The notes under the pieces are model-generated. The model saw only the letters and a list, made by a program, of their open reading frames with translations, did no database searches and was not told the DNA's origin. Shown here piece after piece: positions 46,224 to 56,543 of a stretch of 64,000 bases of DNA (its first letter is position 1; each line of letters starts with the position of its first letter). The position numbers and the translations under genes were made by a program. Source of the stretch: a virus; the IMG/VR virus record IMGVR_UViG_3300005095_000008, positions 23,031-87,030 of that record; one strand, 5' to 3'.

Positions 46224-46335
46224 AGATAGTCCTTTTAATGTCAAATTCAATTAAGATATACACGTAGCATTTATATACACTTATAGGTACATATATCTAC
46301 TATATAATATACTATTTTTTTATAATATTTATCTA

Positions 46336-46734
46336 TTATTTTGTTAAACCAAGTTCGGATACATAAGACACATATACTTCTTGTGCTGTGATATCGATAC
46401 CCATCTCTTTTAAAGATTTGTCACATGTTAGCATGCTATCATAACTAAGACGTTCATATGATGATGTAGACCACACAAGTTCTTGTGTATTCAAAAGTAC
46501 AAATGTGCTATTTTGCAAAATATGTCTAATCATAAAATGTTTATCCATTTTCATTAACTGTTGTCCAGGTTTATTAAGAGAACTAGATGGTCTGTAATAG
46601 TTATACTCTGCGAGTATCTCTATCAGACTTTGTAACGTATAATCGTCTTTAAACTCAAATACCACATCAAATTCAATTACTTCGTCGATAGTTGGTAATT
46701 CTACATTGTTTGTTAACGCGTATTCTAAAGTCAT
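46336..46734 (-). CDS. Hypothetical protein
   Basis: AAAGGAG RBS before MTLEYA. Confidence 0.65.
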   Translation of the reverse strand: MTLEYALTNNVELPTIDEVIEFDVVFEFKDDYTLQSLIEILAEYNYYRPSSSLNKPGQQLMKMDKHFMIRHILQNSTFVLLNTQELVWSTSSYERLSYDSMLTCDKSLKEMGIDITAQEVYVSYVSELGLTK

Positions 46735-46773
46735 TGCTTCTCCTTTCAAAAAGAAATATCGATATGAGAGCGT

Positions 46774-48780
46774 CTATACGCTCTCATACTTTTTCTTATA
46801 TTCTTCGATTGATTCCTGTTTGTAATACAGCGCATCTAATGGGTGAGATGGCTTATTACTCGTCTGGAACATATATGGTTTAAAGAGTTTCTTTGTAACA
46901 GCGTTATAACCCATTGCAGCACTCGCACTCCGTCTATCAATAGCATTTGCTAATGAAATCAATTGAGGGTCTTCACTTCCTCGTCCTAAGTCAAAGTTAT
47001 TCTTCTCTAACTCTTTAGCCATAAAGGTATAAATCATACCACTGATATTCGCAATGTTGATACTCAACTTCTTGTTAATCAGCATGAACAATGAACTCAA
47101 CAACTCTTCAGGTGTTTCACTACTCTTACCACCTTTCAGAATGTTTCTGTTTTTCACCATTGAACGTATCTCATTCACTAATGTGTAGAAGTCATACTCT
47201 TTATCTTGTAACTTGATAATAGGAGCAGAACTCCTAAACTTTGTTACGTCTAATAATACATTGTCATTATCGTCTGCTTTAATACCCGCATTAACGACAT
47301 GCACTAAGAATTTCTTTGTAAAGCTTCCGAATCTATTCCCTTGCACAATCGTACACGGATAAACCTCTTCACCTTTATCTGTCTCTATTACTACTGTCAT
47401 TTCACTAATATTGCTCAATTTCTCATAATTGATTCTGTTTAACGTAGCGATATTCTTTACTTCTAACAAACCATTACACTGTTGTCTATCGATAACAAAT
47501 GTAATCTTATTTGCTCTTTTAAAGATGTCTTTCTTTAAGGCAAATCCAGATGGTCTTGTCTCGAATATCTGTGCTGTAATGTCGTCAATACTAATATTAC
47601 CAGACTCTGCAGAACCCATGTGGTGTTTTGTAGACAATAGCGCTTGTGACGCTGCTTGTGTCACATTCGTAGTCGTAATGTGACCAACATTTGCTTTAAC
47701 TGGTATATTAAATGCCAATCCACCAAAGCAAGTAGCGCATACGCCATGTTTATCAGGATGTTTACACTTCAACACATTTCTAAGTAAAATTGTCTTACCG
47801 ACAATATCAGTAGACTTAGACGTGATGCGTTTCAGTTCATCATCAGGATTAATTTTGTAATACGCACCTATCAGATTCACTAAGTCACCTTTATAATCGG
47901 CACTCTTAGGCGTGACATAGAATGATACATATTCCTCTGTACCACAATCACCAGGATAGATATGTTCTAAATACATTGCTCCTAATTGTAACTCTCTAGA
48001 GAGATACTCTGATTGTTTAATACTGCTCGTACTACTCATCAATGCGAATGCTGCAGATCTGGATTCTACAGCCATCTCATAGATATTTCTTAATCCTTTT
48101 GTAAAACTACTTAGTATTGGTCTCTTAAAGATAGTAGAATCTATCTCTATAATAAAACCTCTAATGCCGAGTAACTGCTTCACTTGTCCTTTATTAACGA
48201 CACCTGCCCTATACATTTTAGCGATAGGGTTTCTTTCATATTTTGAATCGTTCATAAGAATGTCGTCCAATACATCATGTACGTATTGTATTGCTTTACC
48301 TGTCTGTTCTTTTTCAGCTTTCGCAATTGCTGCTTTCAGTTTAGGGTGTGTCGTAATTGCAATCAAGTCTTCAATGTTTACAGATGTGATGCCTGTACTC
48401 ATATCGTCATTCGTTTCGTTAAAGATGAAATTCGTGATATCATACATGATACCATAGAGTCGCAATGCCTCTTTTTGTAAGTCAGCATGATGAATTGTGA
48501 TAATGTCAATCAGATCTTTCATGATTGTTTCTAATGCGCTGCTCAACGTTCCACCAGAGAAGAAGCCATTTTCATAATATGAGCGTGTGCTATAGGTATG
48601 TTTAATAGGAAGTTTATAGCCACTCTCTTTGATTAGGCTAAACACTACTCTATCCATCATGAGCACACCAGGTGTAACTTTTGCGGTAACACCATCATCA
48701 TATACCACCTCAACAACCTCATTGATCGTTTTATAGAAGCTATATGGTTTATCACATATTTCACTCGCTTTTATTTTCAT
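46774..48780 (-). CDS. Non-virion RNA polymerase beta-prime C-terminal subunit (phiKZ gp74-like)
   Basis: QVKQLLGIRG, SSFTKGL, bridge helix SEYLSRELQL, GDCG, Zn site CKHPDKHGVCATCFG, trigger loop SQALLSTKH. Confidence 0.9.
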   Translation of the reverse strand: MKIKASEICDKPYSFYKTINEVVEVVYDDGVTAKVTPGVLMMDRVVFSLIKESGYKLPIKHTYSTRSYYENGFFSGGTLSSALETIMKDLIDIITIHHADLQKEALRLYGIMYDITNFIFNETNDDMSTGITSVNIEDLIAITTHPKLKAAIAKAEKEQTGKAIQYVHDVLDDILMNDSKYERNPIAKMYRAGVVNKGQVKQLLGIRGFIIEIDSTIFKRPILSSFTKGLRNIYEMAVESRSAAFALMSSTSSIKQSEYLSRELQLGAMYLEHIYPGDCGTEEYVSFYVTPKSADYKGDLVNLIGAYYKINPDDELKRITSKSTDIVGKTILLRNVLKCKHPDKHGVCATCFGGLAFNIPVKANVGHITTTNVTQAASQALLSTKHHMGSAESGNISIDDITAQIFETRPSGFALKKDIFKRANKITFVIDRQQCNGLLEVKNIATLNRINYEKLSNISEMTVVIETDKGEEVYPCTIVQGNRFGSFTKKFLVHVVNAGIKADDNDNVLLDVTKFRSSAPIIKLQDKEYDFYTLVNEIRSMVKNRNILKGGKSSETPEELLSSLFMLINKKLSINIANISGMIYTFMAKELEKNNFDLGRGSEDPQLISLANAIDRRSASAAMGYNAVTKKLFKPYMFQTSNKPSHPLDALYYKQESIEEYKKKYESV

Positions 48781-48961
48781 CAGAACGCTCCATACTAACA
48801 ATTTTAAAATAGTTATTTCCTACATCATATGCTTTTACAGCACAGTGTGCATTTTTTATAACCCACATACGTTCTTCGTTTAAACTGGTAAGGTAATCAT
48901 AGCGTAGATGAGCTAAATTATATTCGTTACCAACGATAAGTTCACATAATTCTATATTCAT
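48761..48961 (-). CDS. Small hypothetical protein between the nvRNAP genes
   Basis: 66 aa, overlaps both flanking genes. Confidence 0.5.
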   Translation of the reverse strand: MNIELCELIVGNEYNLAHLRYDYLTSLNEERMWVIKNAHCAVKAYDVGNNYFKIVSMERSDENKSE

Positions 48962-51385
48962 TCTTCATTCTCCTCGACATAAATTGTTTCCACGCCTCCA
49001 ACATTAAGAATGGCCTCTAAGAGATTCACAGGTTTGTCTCCATTCCAACCACAACTACTTCTATCAACTACTTTAGAAATAGCAGTTGGTTTGTCTGCTC
49101 TAAGGATATTGCCATAGATATGTTTATGTGTCTCTACAGACGCAGATCGGTCTCTTAGTTCAGCAAGCGCTTCTCGACCAGCATACGATGCATACAATCT
49201 TGTCTCTGTCTCTCCTGTTTTCACAGGATTAGGATTCCAAGGCTGTCGTTTCTTATTCGCTTTACTCGTAGAGATTGGTACACCAAAGTGATTGATTTTA
49301 GCAGTAGACGCTGCAAGGCCAGTATCAGCAATCTTAGACAATACTAACATGTAAACCGTTTCAATCGCAATTGGATCTTCAGAGCTATATGTAATACCAT
49401 CTAGTGTGAACGTAATTGGTGTTTTCTTAACATGATATGGTGTATTGATGAGATCAGCTACAATATCATGTGGTGTCTTTTTATTATCGATAGGGAACAT
49501 AACATAGAACTCATGCTCCACAATTTCAGTAATGACTTCTAGAATTTTCTGTGTATTTGTACACTTGCTATAGACTTCATACTGCTGTACTTCTAGTATT
49601 TTTAGATAGTCTAGAATGTACTTCCACAATGGTTCTATAGTATTCTTAAAGAATGTTTTGTTTGTGTTTGGTAGATTTAGTTTCTTCTTACCGTTTGTCT
49701 CTGTGATAAACTCTTTTAGTTGTTCTTCTACATAACGTTTTACTTTACGTGCTGTAGAGGTGATGTATCCATCATAGAGTTTACCAGAGTTCATACGAGA
49801 CGCTACAGATTTTTGGTCCATAATAGCATCTGCTCTTATGCCATTAGCATCTACTGGCATTTCCTCTTTTGGAACAATTTTACAGACGACTCCTTTCGCT
49901 TGCATTCAATATGGTTCGTTAGACCATACCCGCAGCATTACCTGCAGCTGCATGTCTCCATGCAGGCTAGACTATATCTTCACCATACAGCTATGCTGGT
50001 TAGGTGTCTCCCATTTCGAGTTCACTTGAACCCTACGTCTTACGACTAGTCGTTGAACGTTCTCCTATACGGAGCTTCGCTGCTGATTGTCTCTATTCAC
50101 ATTTTATCAAACATTCATAGACTATTTCTAATCTATTGTAGTAATGTGACGTCACGAGAGTTCCCAGCAATTAGAGAGAATTCACATTAGATATTTCTAC
50201 CTAAGTGGACTATTATTAATCACCATAGAGTCCGCTCATTTTTGTTCCAATGTTTAATTTATGACTATATTCTACCACTACTTCTACAAAATATAAATCT
50301 AATGGAGATTGATTCAGTACGTTTGTTAGTCGTGGGTCGCGTATACTATAGAGATCCACCATCATCTTATGTAACTTATCACCAATGACTATTTCATTGT
50401 TATACTTTGCCTGTATCTCTTCTATTGTACGTATGAATGTATTGATAAAATCATTCATGCTGTTTACATACTTTTCCATCTGCTGGTCTATTTGAGTGTA
50501 TGTATATAGTTTCTTCTGTTTTGGAGATTTAATGACTTTTATGTCAATAACTTTACCACCAGCCTTACTGGTAAATTGACACTTGTCAAACAATGGTCTT
50601 GGGCATCTCAAGTGTCTATTGCTCATCAATGCTGGGTAAAGACTCTCGTCGCCATTTTCATTACTGTTTCTAGTAGCAAACAAAATACCATCATCATTGA
50701 CATATTCTCCAATATCAGGCATGATTTTGTAATACTCATCATCACCATAGAGGTTCAATGGTACATCTTGATATCCAAACTCTAACCTAAATGTTTCATA
50801 TGTCTTGAAACTTCCTCTTTCTGCTAATTCATCAGAGATAACAATTGGGTCTTCTCCTACGTCTTTGAATGATGCCAGACAGATATTTACATTTAACCCT
50901 ATCGTCAATTCTCCTCTCTCATTTTCAGAATTTGTTCTTGATAATTTTGTACCTGCTGGTAACTCATCACCATACTCGATATCGTCTAACGCATTCGTTT
51001 CACGATGTGTAAAACCAAACTTAGGGTTAAACTTCTCATGGTTTGGTATGTTGATATAATTCAATTCATCTTTCACTAAGTCGTGATAGATAACAAACCT
51101 CTCTACAGTCGTATCGATTCTATCCGCTGTTCTTCCATCGTACCTATCAATGATTGCTAGTACTTTACTGTCGTTCTCTACCTTACGACTAAAGAGTGTT
51201 TTGATAAACTCTTCTTCCGTGCCAGACAATACGATCTTAGGTTCGCCATTGTCTAATGGAATGTACTGTCCTAGAAAGTTAGAGAACATAACGAATCTTG
51301 AACTACTACACGCCATACCAAAGTTACTAAGACTTGCGAACCCTAATAGCCTTCTATCTATTCCCAATAATGTGCTATCATCCAT
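48958..51385 (-). CDS. Non-virion RNA polymerase beta C-terminal subunit (phiKZ gp71/73-like), two exons: 51385-50219 and 49896-48958
   Basis: Exon 1 SSSRFVMF, VGEDPIVIS, ends GTKMSGLYGD; exon 2 starts KGVVCKIVPKEEMPVD...ADAIMD...SRMN...GETETR; the join rebuilds the beta motif G.K.SG.(H/Y)G.KGV; 701 aa spliced. Confidence 0.9.
49897..50218 (-). ncRNA. Group I intron (subgroup IA, IA2-like), 322 nt, no ORF
   Basis: Minus strand P AAUUGCUGGGAA, Q AAUCAGCAG, R GUUCAACGACUA, S AAGAUAUAGUC; P3 UCUCUC/GGGAGA; P7.1/P7.2 hairpins; P9 CUGCAUG-GAGA-CAUGCAG; exon-terminal U and terminal omega-G. Confidence 0.93.
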
Positions 51386-51450
51386 TCTATCTCCTTTATT
51401 TTGTGTACAACTAAAAAATCCATAGAGATTTTTTAATTGAATGACATTTA

Positions 51451-51461
51451 AATAATATGTA
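51451..51461 (-). promoter_or_regulatory. Early-promoter-like motif upstream of nvRNAP beta
   Basis: TACATATTATT on the minus strand ~65 nt before the ATG; same motif recurs before many minus-strand genes. Confidence 0.55.
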
Positions 51462-51500
51462 TCTAAATTTTTTTAGAGTATATACCACGAAAGGACATGC

Positions 51501-51845
51501 ATGGCGCTATATGAACTCTGTACCTTTGCTGAAAATAGATTCAGTAATTCTGCTGAAGAGATGCTAAACGATAATGCGCTTAGTATCTTTAAGGCGCAAA
51601 ACGAACATTCTGTTGAAATGCAAATAGAACAAGAATTAGCAAATCGATATGTAGGAGACTTTTATGGTCTATTACAAGAACTAGGCAGAAAGGTAAATAC
51701 ATTCTATATAGAAACCGTCCTTAATGGTTTTAACTCAAGTGTTGACTACGATGGACGTACTACTATAAAACTACTAGAAAACGATTTTAGTAAACGGATA
51801 CTAAAACTGAAACCTATAGAGAGTAGCATTCCAAAAATAAAATAG
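51501..51845 (+). CDS. Hypothetical protein
   Basis: 114 aa, GAAAGGAC RBS, ends at hairpin 51847-51874. Confidence 0.7.
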   Translation: MALYELCTFAENRFSNSAEEMLNDNALSIFKAQNEHSVEMQIEQELANRYVGDFYGLLQELGRKVNTFYIETVLNGFNSSVDYDGRTTIKLLENDFSKRILKLKPIESSIPKIK

Positions 51846-51846
51846 C

Positions 51847-51874
51847 ACATAGAGTACCAAACGGTACTCTATGT
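51847..51874. terminator. Hairpin between convergent genes
   Basis: acatagagtacc-aaac-ggtactctatgt. Confidence 0.75.
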
Positions 51875-51880
51875 ATGCTT

Positions 51881-53266
51881 TTATCTGTATTGAGGCATGG
51901 ACGCGTACGGTCCATTGAAGGGTACACCAGGTGCAGCACTATTCATATATTGCTGTTGACCATAGGCTGGTTGGCCGTATTGTTGTTGCATCGGCATTCC
52001 TGTAGGTTGAGGAGTGATGCCTTGGTTCATAGACCGCATCGGTTGTCCATACATTTGCTGTTGAGGCGGACAATACGCTTGTTGCATTGGAACACCAGTA
52101 GGTTGTGGAATAATAGGTTGGTTCTGCGGAACCATTGGTTGCTGGTACTGTTGGTTACGAGACGGGCCTCCACCATACAGCAATTGCTTAACCTCTTCTT
52201 CGCTCATTACATCACTGTTTGATTGCGGTGTAGTTTGATGTACTTGTTGTTGTGTTGGTTGCATTGTCTGTGTTTGTTGTGGCGTATCATCTACCATAGC
52301 TTGTTGCAATGCTGCCTGATATGGATCAAATTGCTCTACATTATTGCTACGGTTATTCAGATCAGTCGTCATTACGTTTGCACCATTTTCAGTTACTTCT
52401 GGTAACATAGCGATTTCTGTTGCGTATTTCTCAAAATGTAGCTTATCCATATCGTAATGGATTGGCACAATTGTTTTATTCACAATTTCTTTGTCGATGA
52501 ATTCTAACGACTTTAATAGATCATTGATTCTATTCGTAAACATCATATAGCCTTTTGCTAATGCAGTGAACGACGGACTATAGTCGTTATTACTATATGA
52601 TAGAATGAAGTTTTCATTCTCTGTTCCCTTCTTAAGCAGGAAGTTTACAAGAATCTTATAGACACGCTTCTCTTTGCCTCTAAGGTTAGACTCTTCTACC
52701 ACATCCAAAATCGGAGAGTCTAACACAATACCTCTGTAAAACTTTTCACCTTGTACCTCAATGTTTTTCTTCAAATAGTACTTAGCGATTCTGTGCTTAT
52801 TAGACGTCACAGATTCACTTACCAATTTCGTCCAATGGTCCATTACACCATCGTCTATCAGTTCCTTAATGTTTTTAGAACGTGCTTGTTCTAGTAGAAT
52901 TAAGAACTGATTTAAAGAGATAGGTAAATCTTTTACATTGTCTAGTCTACCTAATTGCAATAACAGGCGAGATGCTGCCGCTAACTGCACATTCGCAGTG
53001 ATTTCTGCAATCTTCATGAGTTTCTTGACAATAGGCGACTCGCCTTTCACAAGGTTCTCTTTGAGTGGGTTAAACAGGTATTTAACAGGTTTGAATTCTC
53101 CTGTTTCTGTCGCAGCAGTTAATGTTTCGATATGTTCTTTTGTAGGTAGTACAACAGGCAAACCGTCGATCGTTAAGTTCTTATTGTTGTATTTAATAAA
53201 ACCATCTGACGTTACGTCTAGTTGAAATGACTTGATAATATCTTTATATGCTTCTAATAATCCCAT
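51881..53266 (-). CDS. Conserved core protein (phiKZ gp70-like) with Q/P/M-rich disordered tail
   Basis: VVLPTKEHI, FNPLKENLVKGESP motifs; position between gp69-like and nvRNAP beta genes. Confidence 0.7.
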   Translation of the reverse strand: MGLLEAYKDIIKSFQLDVTSDGFIKYNNKNLTIDGLPVVLPTKEHIETLTAATETGEFKPVKYLFNPLKENLVKGESPIVKKLMKIAEITANVQLAAASRLLLQLGRLDNVKDLPISLNQFLILLEQARSKNIKELIDDGVMDHWTKLVSESVTSNKHRIAKYYLKKNIEVQGEKFYRGIVLDSPILDVVEESNLRGKEKRVYKILVNFLLKKGTENENFILSYSNNDYSPSFTALAKGYMMFTNRINDLLKSLEFIDKEIVNKTIVPIHYDMDKLHFEKYATEIAMLPEVTENGANVMTTDLNNRSNNVEQFDPYQAALQQAMVDDTPQQTQTMQPTQQQVHQTTPQSNSDVMSEEEVKQLLYGGGPSRNQQYQQPMVPQNQPIIPQPTGVPMQQAYCPPQQQMYGQPMRSMNQGITPQPTGMPMQQQYGQPAYGQQQYMNSAAPGVPFNGPYASMPQYR

Positions 53267-53276
53267 GTTTTTCCTT

Positions 53277-54725
53277 TTAATTTTCTACTATTAATGACAA
53301 TAGTCCTTGATAGTCTTTGAGACTACTTTGTAGTTTCTCTTCCGTCGTGATAACTGGGTCAAATAATGAGTTACTATATGTAGGAATAGCAAACACTATT
53401 GGTGGCTGACCATTAACAGATACAGATATTCTGCTCTCATTGATAAGATCAATGTTTACAAGAATATCGATCGCAAACGTATTGTTTAATGTTAATTGCG
53501 GTAGAATAAGTGTCATGAATTGATGTTCAAACTCAATAACAGATTGTTCTACATTTAATACAGGAATTTCCGTATTATAATTCAGTGGTGTAAACACTGG
53601 CACACCGCCTAACACACCTGTTTGAACTGTAAACATAATTGATGTCAACATTAGTTTACTTGCTAGCGCTGATGCAGACTCTGAAATCGTAGATGCAATT
53701 CTCGCCTCTTGACTAGTGACTGCTAATGTTTCTGGATCGTTTGTTAGTAGAATGTTTTGTTCATGATGTTGAAACGCACCTGTGTCAATTGGTACTTGGT
53801 CTGCAATGGTCCATCTGATGGAAGTTTTATTTTGAACGCCTGGATCTACAGCGACAATATCGTTATATGTAAACTCACCAGTATTCATTCCTTTCATTGT
53901 AGAAATTTCTCTCATGAAAGGCGTGTCTACGACAGATGGTTCTGCAAGCGTGCCAGCACCGCCCATGTAGATATCAGATGGATCATTTGTCACACTAGCA
54001 ATAGATGCAGATGCAGCTGTTGCATTGATAATATCAGTGACTTGATTTGCACCAATTCTATTGTTTGCTTTGCTTGTATCTACAACACCAGAAACTTTCG
54101 ATATTACATTGGTAACTGGAATGTAATCGCCATATCTATGTGTTGTATGTAGTTCAATCAACGTATCAATTGGTCTCAATAGTCTAAATTTACTATTGTC
54201 ATATTCTAGATTGTGCATGTTGGTTGTTCTGTCATAGACCAATGTAAATGCTGAGTGCGGCATGTGCTTAATCGTATTTGTTCCAGGTATGACGGTCTCT
54301 ATTACGTTTACGATACTGTTTACATAGAATATCATATTTGGATCTATTTGACCTGTTGCTTTATTTGCACCAAGATAATTGGTATACCCTTGAATATATG
54401 ATGCAAAGACAGAACCATCACTTCTTTGTGTTTTTGTTTTCATAATGAATATAAAACGTTCTGTCTGCCAACCATTATCAATACCTACCTTTAGGTCTGG
54501 TGCCATACCCATTGACAACAGTTCAGGTGTTTTGGTAGCAATCGCTTCTGCTGATACTTTACCAAATCGATTGATGTCCTCCTCAATCAGTCGATAGTCT
54601 CTGTTTGTTAGCTTGAGATGATACCCCCTTTGTACCATATCATTCTTTTGCTTTGTATTAATCAGTATTAAATCTGTTACGTGCGTCTGTGGTTGAATGT
54701 GTTGTTCTTGTCCGAATGCATCCAT
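53277..54725 (-). CDS. phiKZ gp69-like protein (Imp1/PicA phage-nucleus import factor family)
   Basis: IDNGWQTERFIF, YIQGYTNYLG, IDPNMIFYVNSI motifs as recalled for the family; 482 aa; directly downstream of the gp68-like gene. Confidence 0.65.
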   Translation of the reverse strand: MDAFGQEQHIQPQTHVTDLILINTKQKNDMVQRGYHLKLTNRDYRLIEEDINRFGKVSAEAIATKTPELLSMGMAPDLKVGIDNGWQTERFIFIMKTKTQRSDGSVFASYIQGYTNYLGANKATGQIDPNMIFYVNSIVNVIETVIPGTNTIKHMPHSAFTLVYDRTTNMHNLEYDNSKFRLLRPIDTLIELHTTHRYGDYIPVTNVISKVSGVVDTSKANNRIGANQVTDIINATAASASIASVTNDPSDIYMGGAGTLAEPSVVDTPFMREISTMKGMNTGEFTYNDIVAVDPGVQNKTSIRWTIADQVPIDTGAFQHHEQNILLTNDPETLAVTSQEARIASTISESASALASKLMLTSIMFTVQTGVLGGVPVFTPLNYNTEIPVLNVEQSVIEFEHQFMTLILPQLTLNNTFAIDILVNIDLINESRISVSVNGQPPIVFAIPTYSNSLFDPVITTEEKLQSSLKDYQGLLSLIVEN

Positions 54726-54727
54726 TA

Positions 54728-56272
54728 TTATTCTCCTTTATGTAGTGCTATTAATAACTTGGCAATTTGCTCTCTCAAATCTTCAGGAATGGAGACTGCT
54801 CTACTCTTTCCTTTTAGATATTTTGGCGTTGCTAGATACCTATAGCTACTATTGTATAACATTACGACTAAATCATTAATTGCTTTCGCGATCAAATCTT
54901 GTGTTTGTAACGGTTTGTTTTTTATCTCTAGTTCTTTGTCTACAGAATAGTATTGCTTAAGCTCCTTTAACGTATCTTTACCAATATGCTCTTTCCCAAG
55001 TGTAGATTGAATTGGTACATCTTCATCTGTTCTTAACGCACTAAGCAGTAATGCAATTTCTGGGAAACCTCTATACCATGCAATTGTAAATCCTAATGCC
55101 ATCACATTGACAAGGTGCTCGATATCAAGATAGAAGATTGCTTCAGGATCAATAATGCCTACCTCTCGTTTACCATTATCTGGTGTAATAGAGATAATCC
55201 ATATCATTAACTTTACGATGTTTGGATCGATATCATTACTCTTTGTCATAGGTCGTAGGAACTGTAAGACATCATTCATTACACCGTCTGTATCTGTAAT
55301 GTTGTAGAAGCGCAACAATTTATGTGGATCATCCGTAAAGAACTTAAACTCTTCTGGAATACCAACCATTACATCTGTTGCCATTCTATAGATTTCTAAC
55401 GAAGACTCTGTCTCTTCACCATCAGATTTTGCAGTCTTTTGACGCACATTGTTTGGTGGTTTGATAGCGTCTTTAATAGAGCTATAGATGAATGTGATAA
55501 GGTTTGTGGTAATCTTATCATTACGCGGTATATTGACAGGCATGATTTTAAAGAGTGTCAAACCTAACAGATAATATTTAATATCATCTGTAGAAATCAT
55601 CTTTTGTAAGAGTACTGTCTTGTTTGCGGTACCACTCATATTGGTACTGATGAATCTATCAAAGCTACCAAGCAGTTTCTGTACTGGTTTACTATTCATG
55701 ATATGGTGAGAATCCATAATCATTTGCACAAGAGAAAGTTCTTTCGTTTGCATAATGATTGCTGATGGATTGCTATATGTAAACTCACCAAATGGCCCTA
55801 CAATTGCTTTACTTACTACAGATAGTGCTACCAGATCAATGTACTCATCTTTGGTGTAGGTTTGTACTCTTGTACCTAATCCATCTTTAACAATAGATTC
55901 GTCAAAGTTCTCTTTCAAATTCGATGGTGCTCTGATGTAATCAAGCGTCTGAATAAACGCTTTGATTTCTTCAATATCTAGCATGTCTAGAATGCTGGTG
56001 ATTACTCTACCGAAACTCTCTACAGGACTATCGAGAATATCTGAAGATGCTTCGAATGCTTTAATACATAGGTCAAAGTATCTATCTTGAAACTCTTCGC
56101 CTTTGAAGTCCATGTATTGTTCGAGTAATTCGAACTGGTGTGGACTATCTAGTTTATGCTTCTTGGTCTTGTCGAAGAGTGATTTGACGACAAAGACAAC
56201 TTCGTCCTCCCCGTGTCGTACGGAGAGAGACAGTTTTGCTGTGTTGTTGACATTTACATAACGGAATTCCAT
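54728..56272 (-). CDS. nvRNAP fifth (promoter-specificity) subunit, phiKZ gp68-like
   Basis: 514 aa; PSNLKENF...QTYTKDEYIDLVALSVVSKAIVGPFGEF; synteny with gp69/70/71-like genes; promoter motif at 56331-56340. Confidence 0.7.
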   Translation of the reverse strand: MEFRYVNVNNTAKLSLSVRHGEDEVVFVVKSLFDKTKKHKLDSPHQFELLEQYMDFKGEEFQDRYFDLCIKAFEASSDILDSPVESFGRVITSILDMLDIEEIKAFIQTLDYIRAPSNLKENFDESIVKDGLGTRVQTYTKDEYIDLVALSVVSKAIVGPFGEFTYSNPSAIIMQTKELSLVQMIMDSHHIMNSKPVQKLLGSFDRFISTNMSGTANKTVLLQKMISTDDIKYYLLGLTLFKIMPVNIPRNDKITTNLITFIYSSIKDAIKPPNNVRQKTAKSDGEETESSLEIYRMATDVMVGIPEEFKFFTDDPHKLLRFYNITDTDGVMNDVLQFLRPMTKSNDIDPNIVKLMIWIISITPDNGKREVGIIDPEAIFYLDIEHLVNVMALGFTIAWYRGFPEIALLLSALRTDEDVPIQSTLGKEHIGKDTLKELKQYYSVDKELEIKNKPLQTQDLIAKAINDLVVMLYNSSYRYLATPKYLKGKSRAVSIPEDLREQIAKLLIALHKGE

Positions 56273-56405
56273 GTATGCTCCTTTTTAAAAGTGTCAATAG
56301 GTTCACGATAAAACCTAAGAGACCTACATGTATAATATGTGTACCAATTATTTTTCATTTATACAGTTAACTATTTACGAGAGAAAAAAGATTGCACTAC
56401 AGACA

Positions 56406-56534
56406 TCAGTCTGTAGTGTCGTCGTTAGTGTCTTCTTCTGAACCGTCTTCCAATACATTATACATATACTCATCTTGAGGAATTTCAATATCTAAGAATT
56501 GCGCAATATAACTTGGTATTGTTACAGTGTCCAT
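56406..56534 (-). CDS. Unlisted 42-aa highly acidic microprotein
   Basis: AAGGAG RBS; MDTVTIPSYIAQFLDIEIPQDEYMYNVLEDGSEEDTNDDTTD; stop lies in hairpin 56395-56418. Confidence 0.65.
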   Translation of the reverse strand: MDTVTIPSYIAQFLDIEIPQDEYMYNVLEDGSEEDTNDDTTD

Positions 56535-56543
56535 AACTTCTCC

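Noticed and set aside
49897-50218. Reading the two RNAP beta ORFs as separate subunits, a pseudogene or an intein
   Set aside because: The gap has in-frame stops and a full group I core, and splicing restores the conserved motif; the ATG at 49905 lies inside the intron
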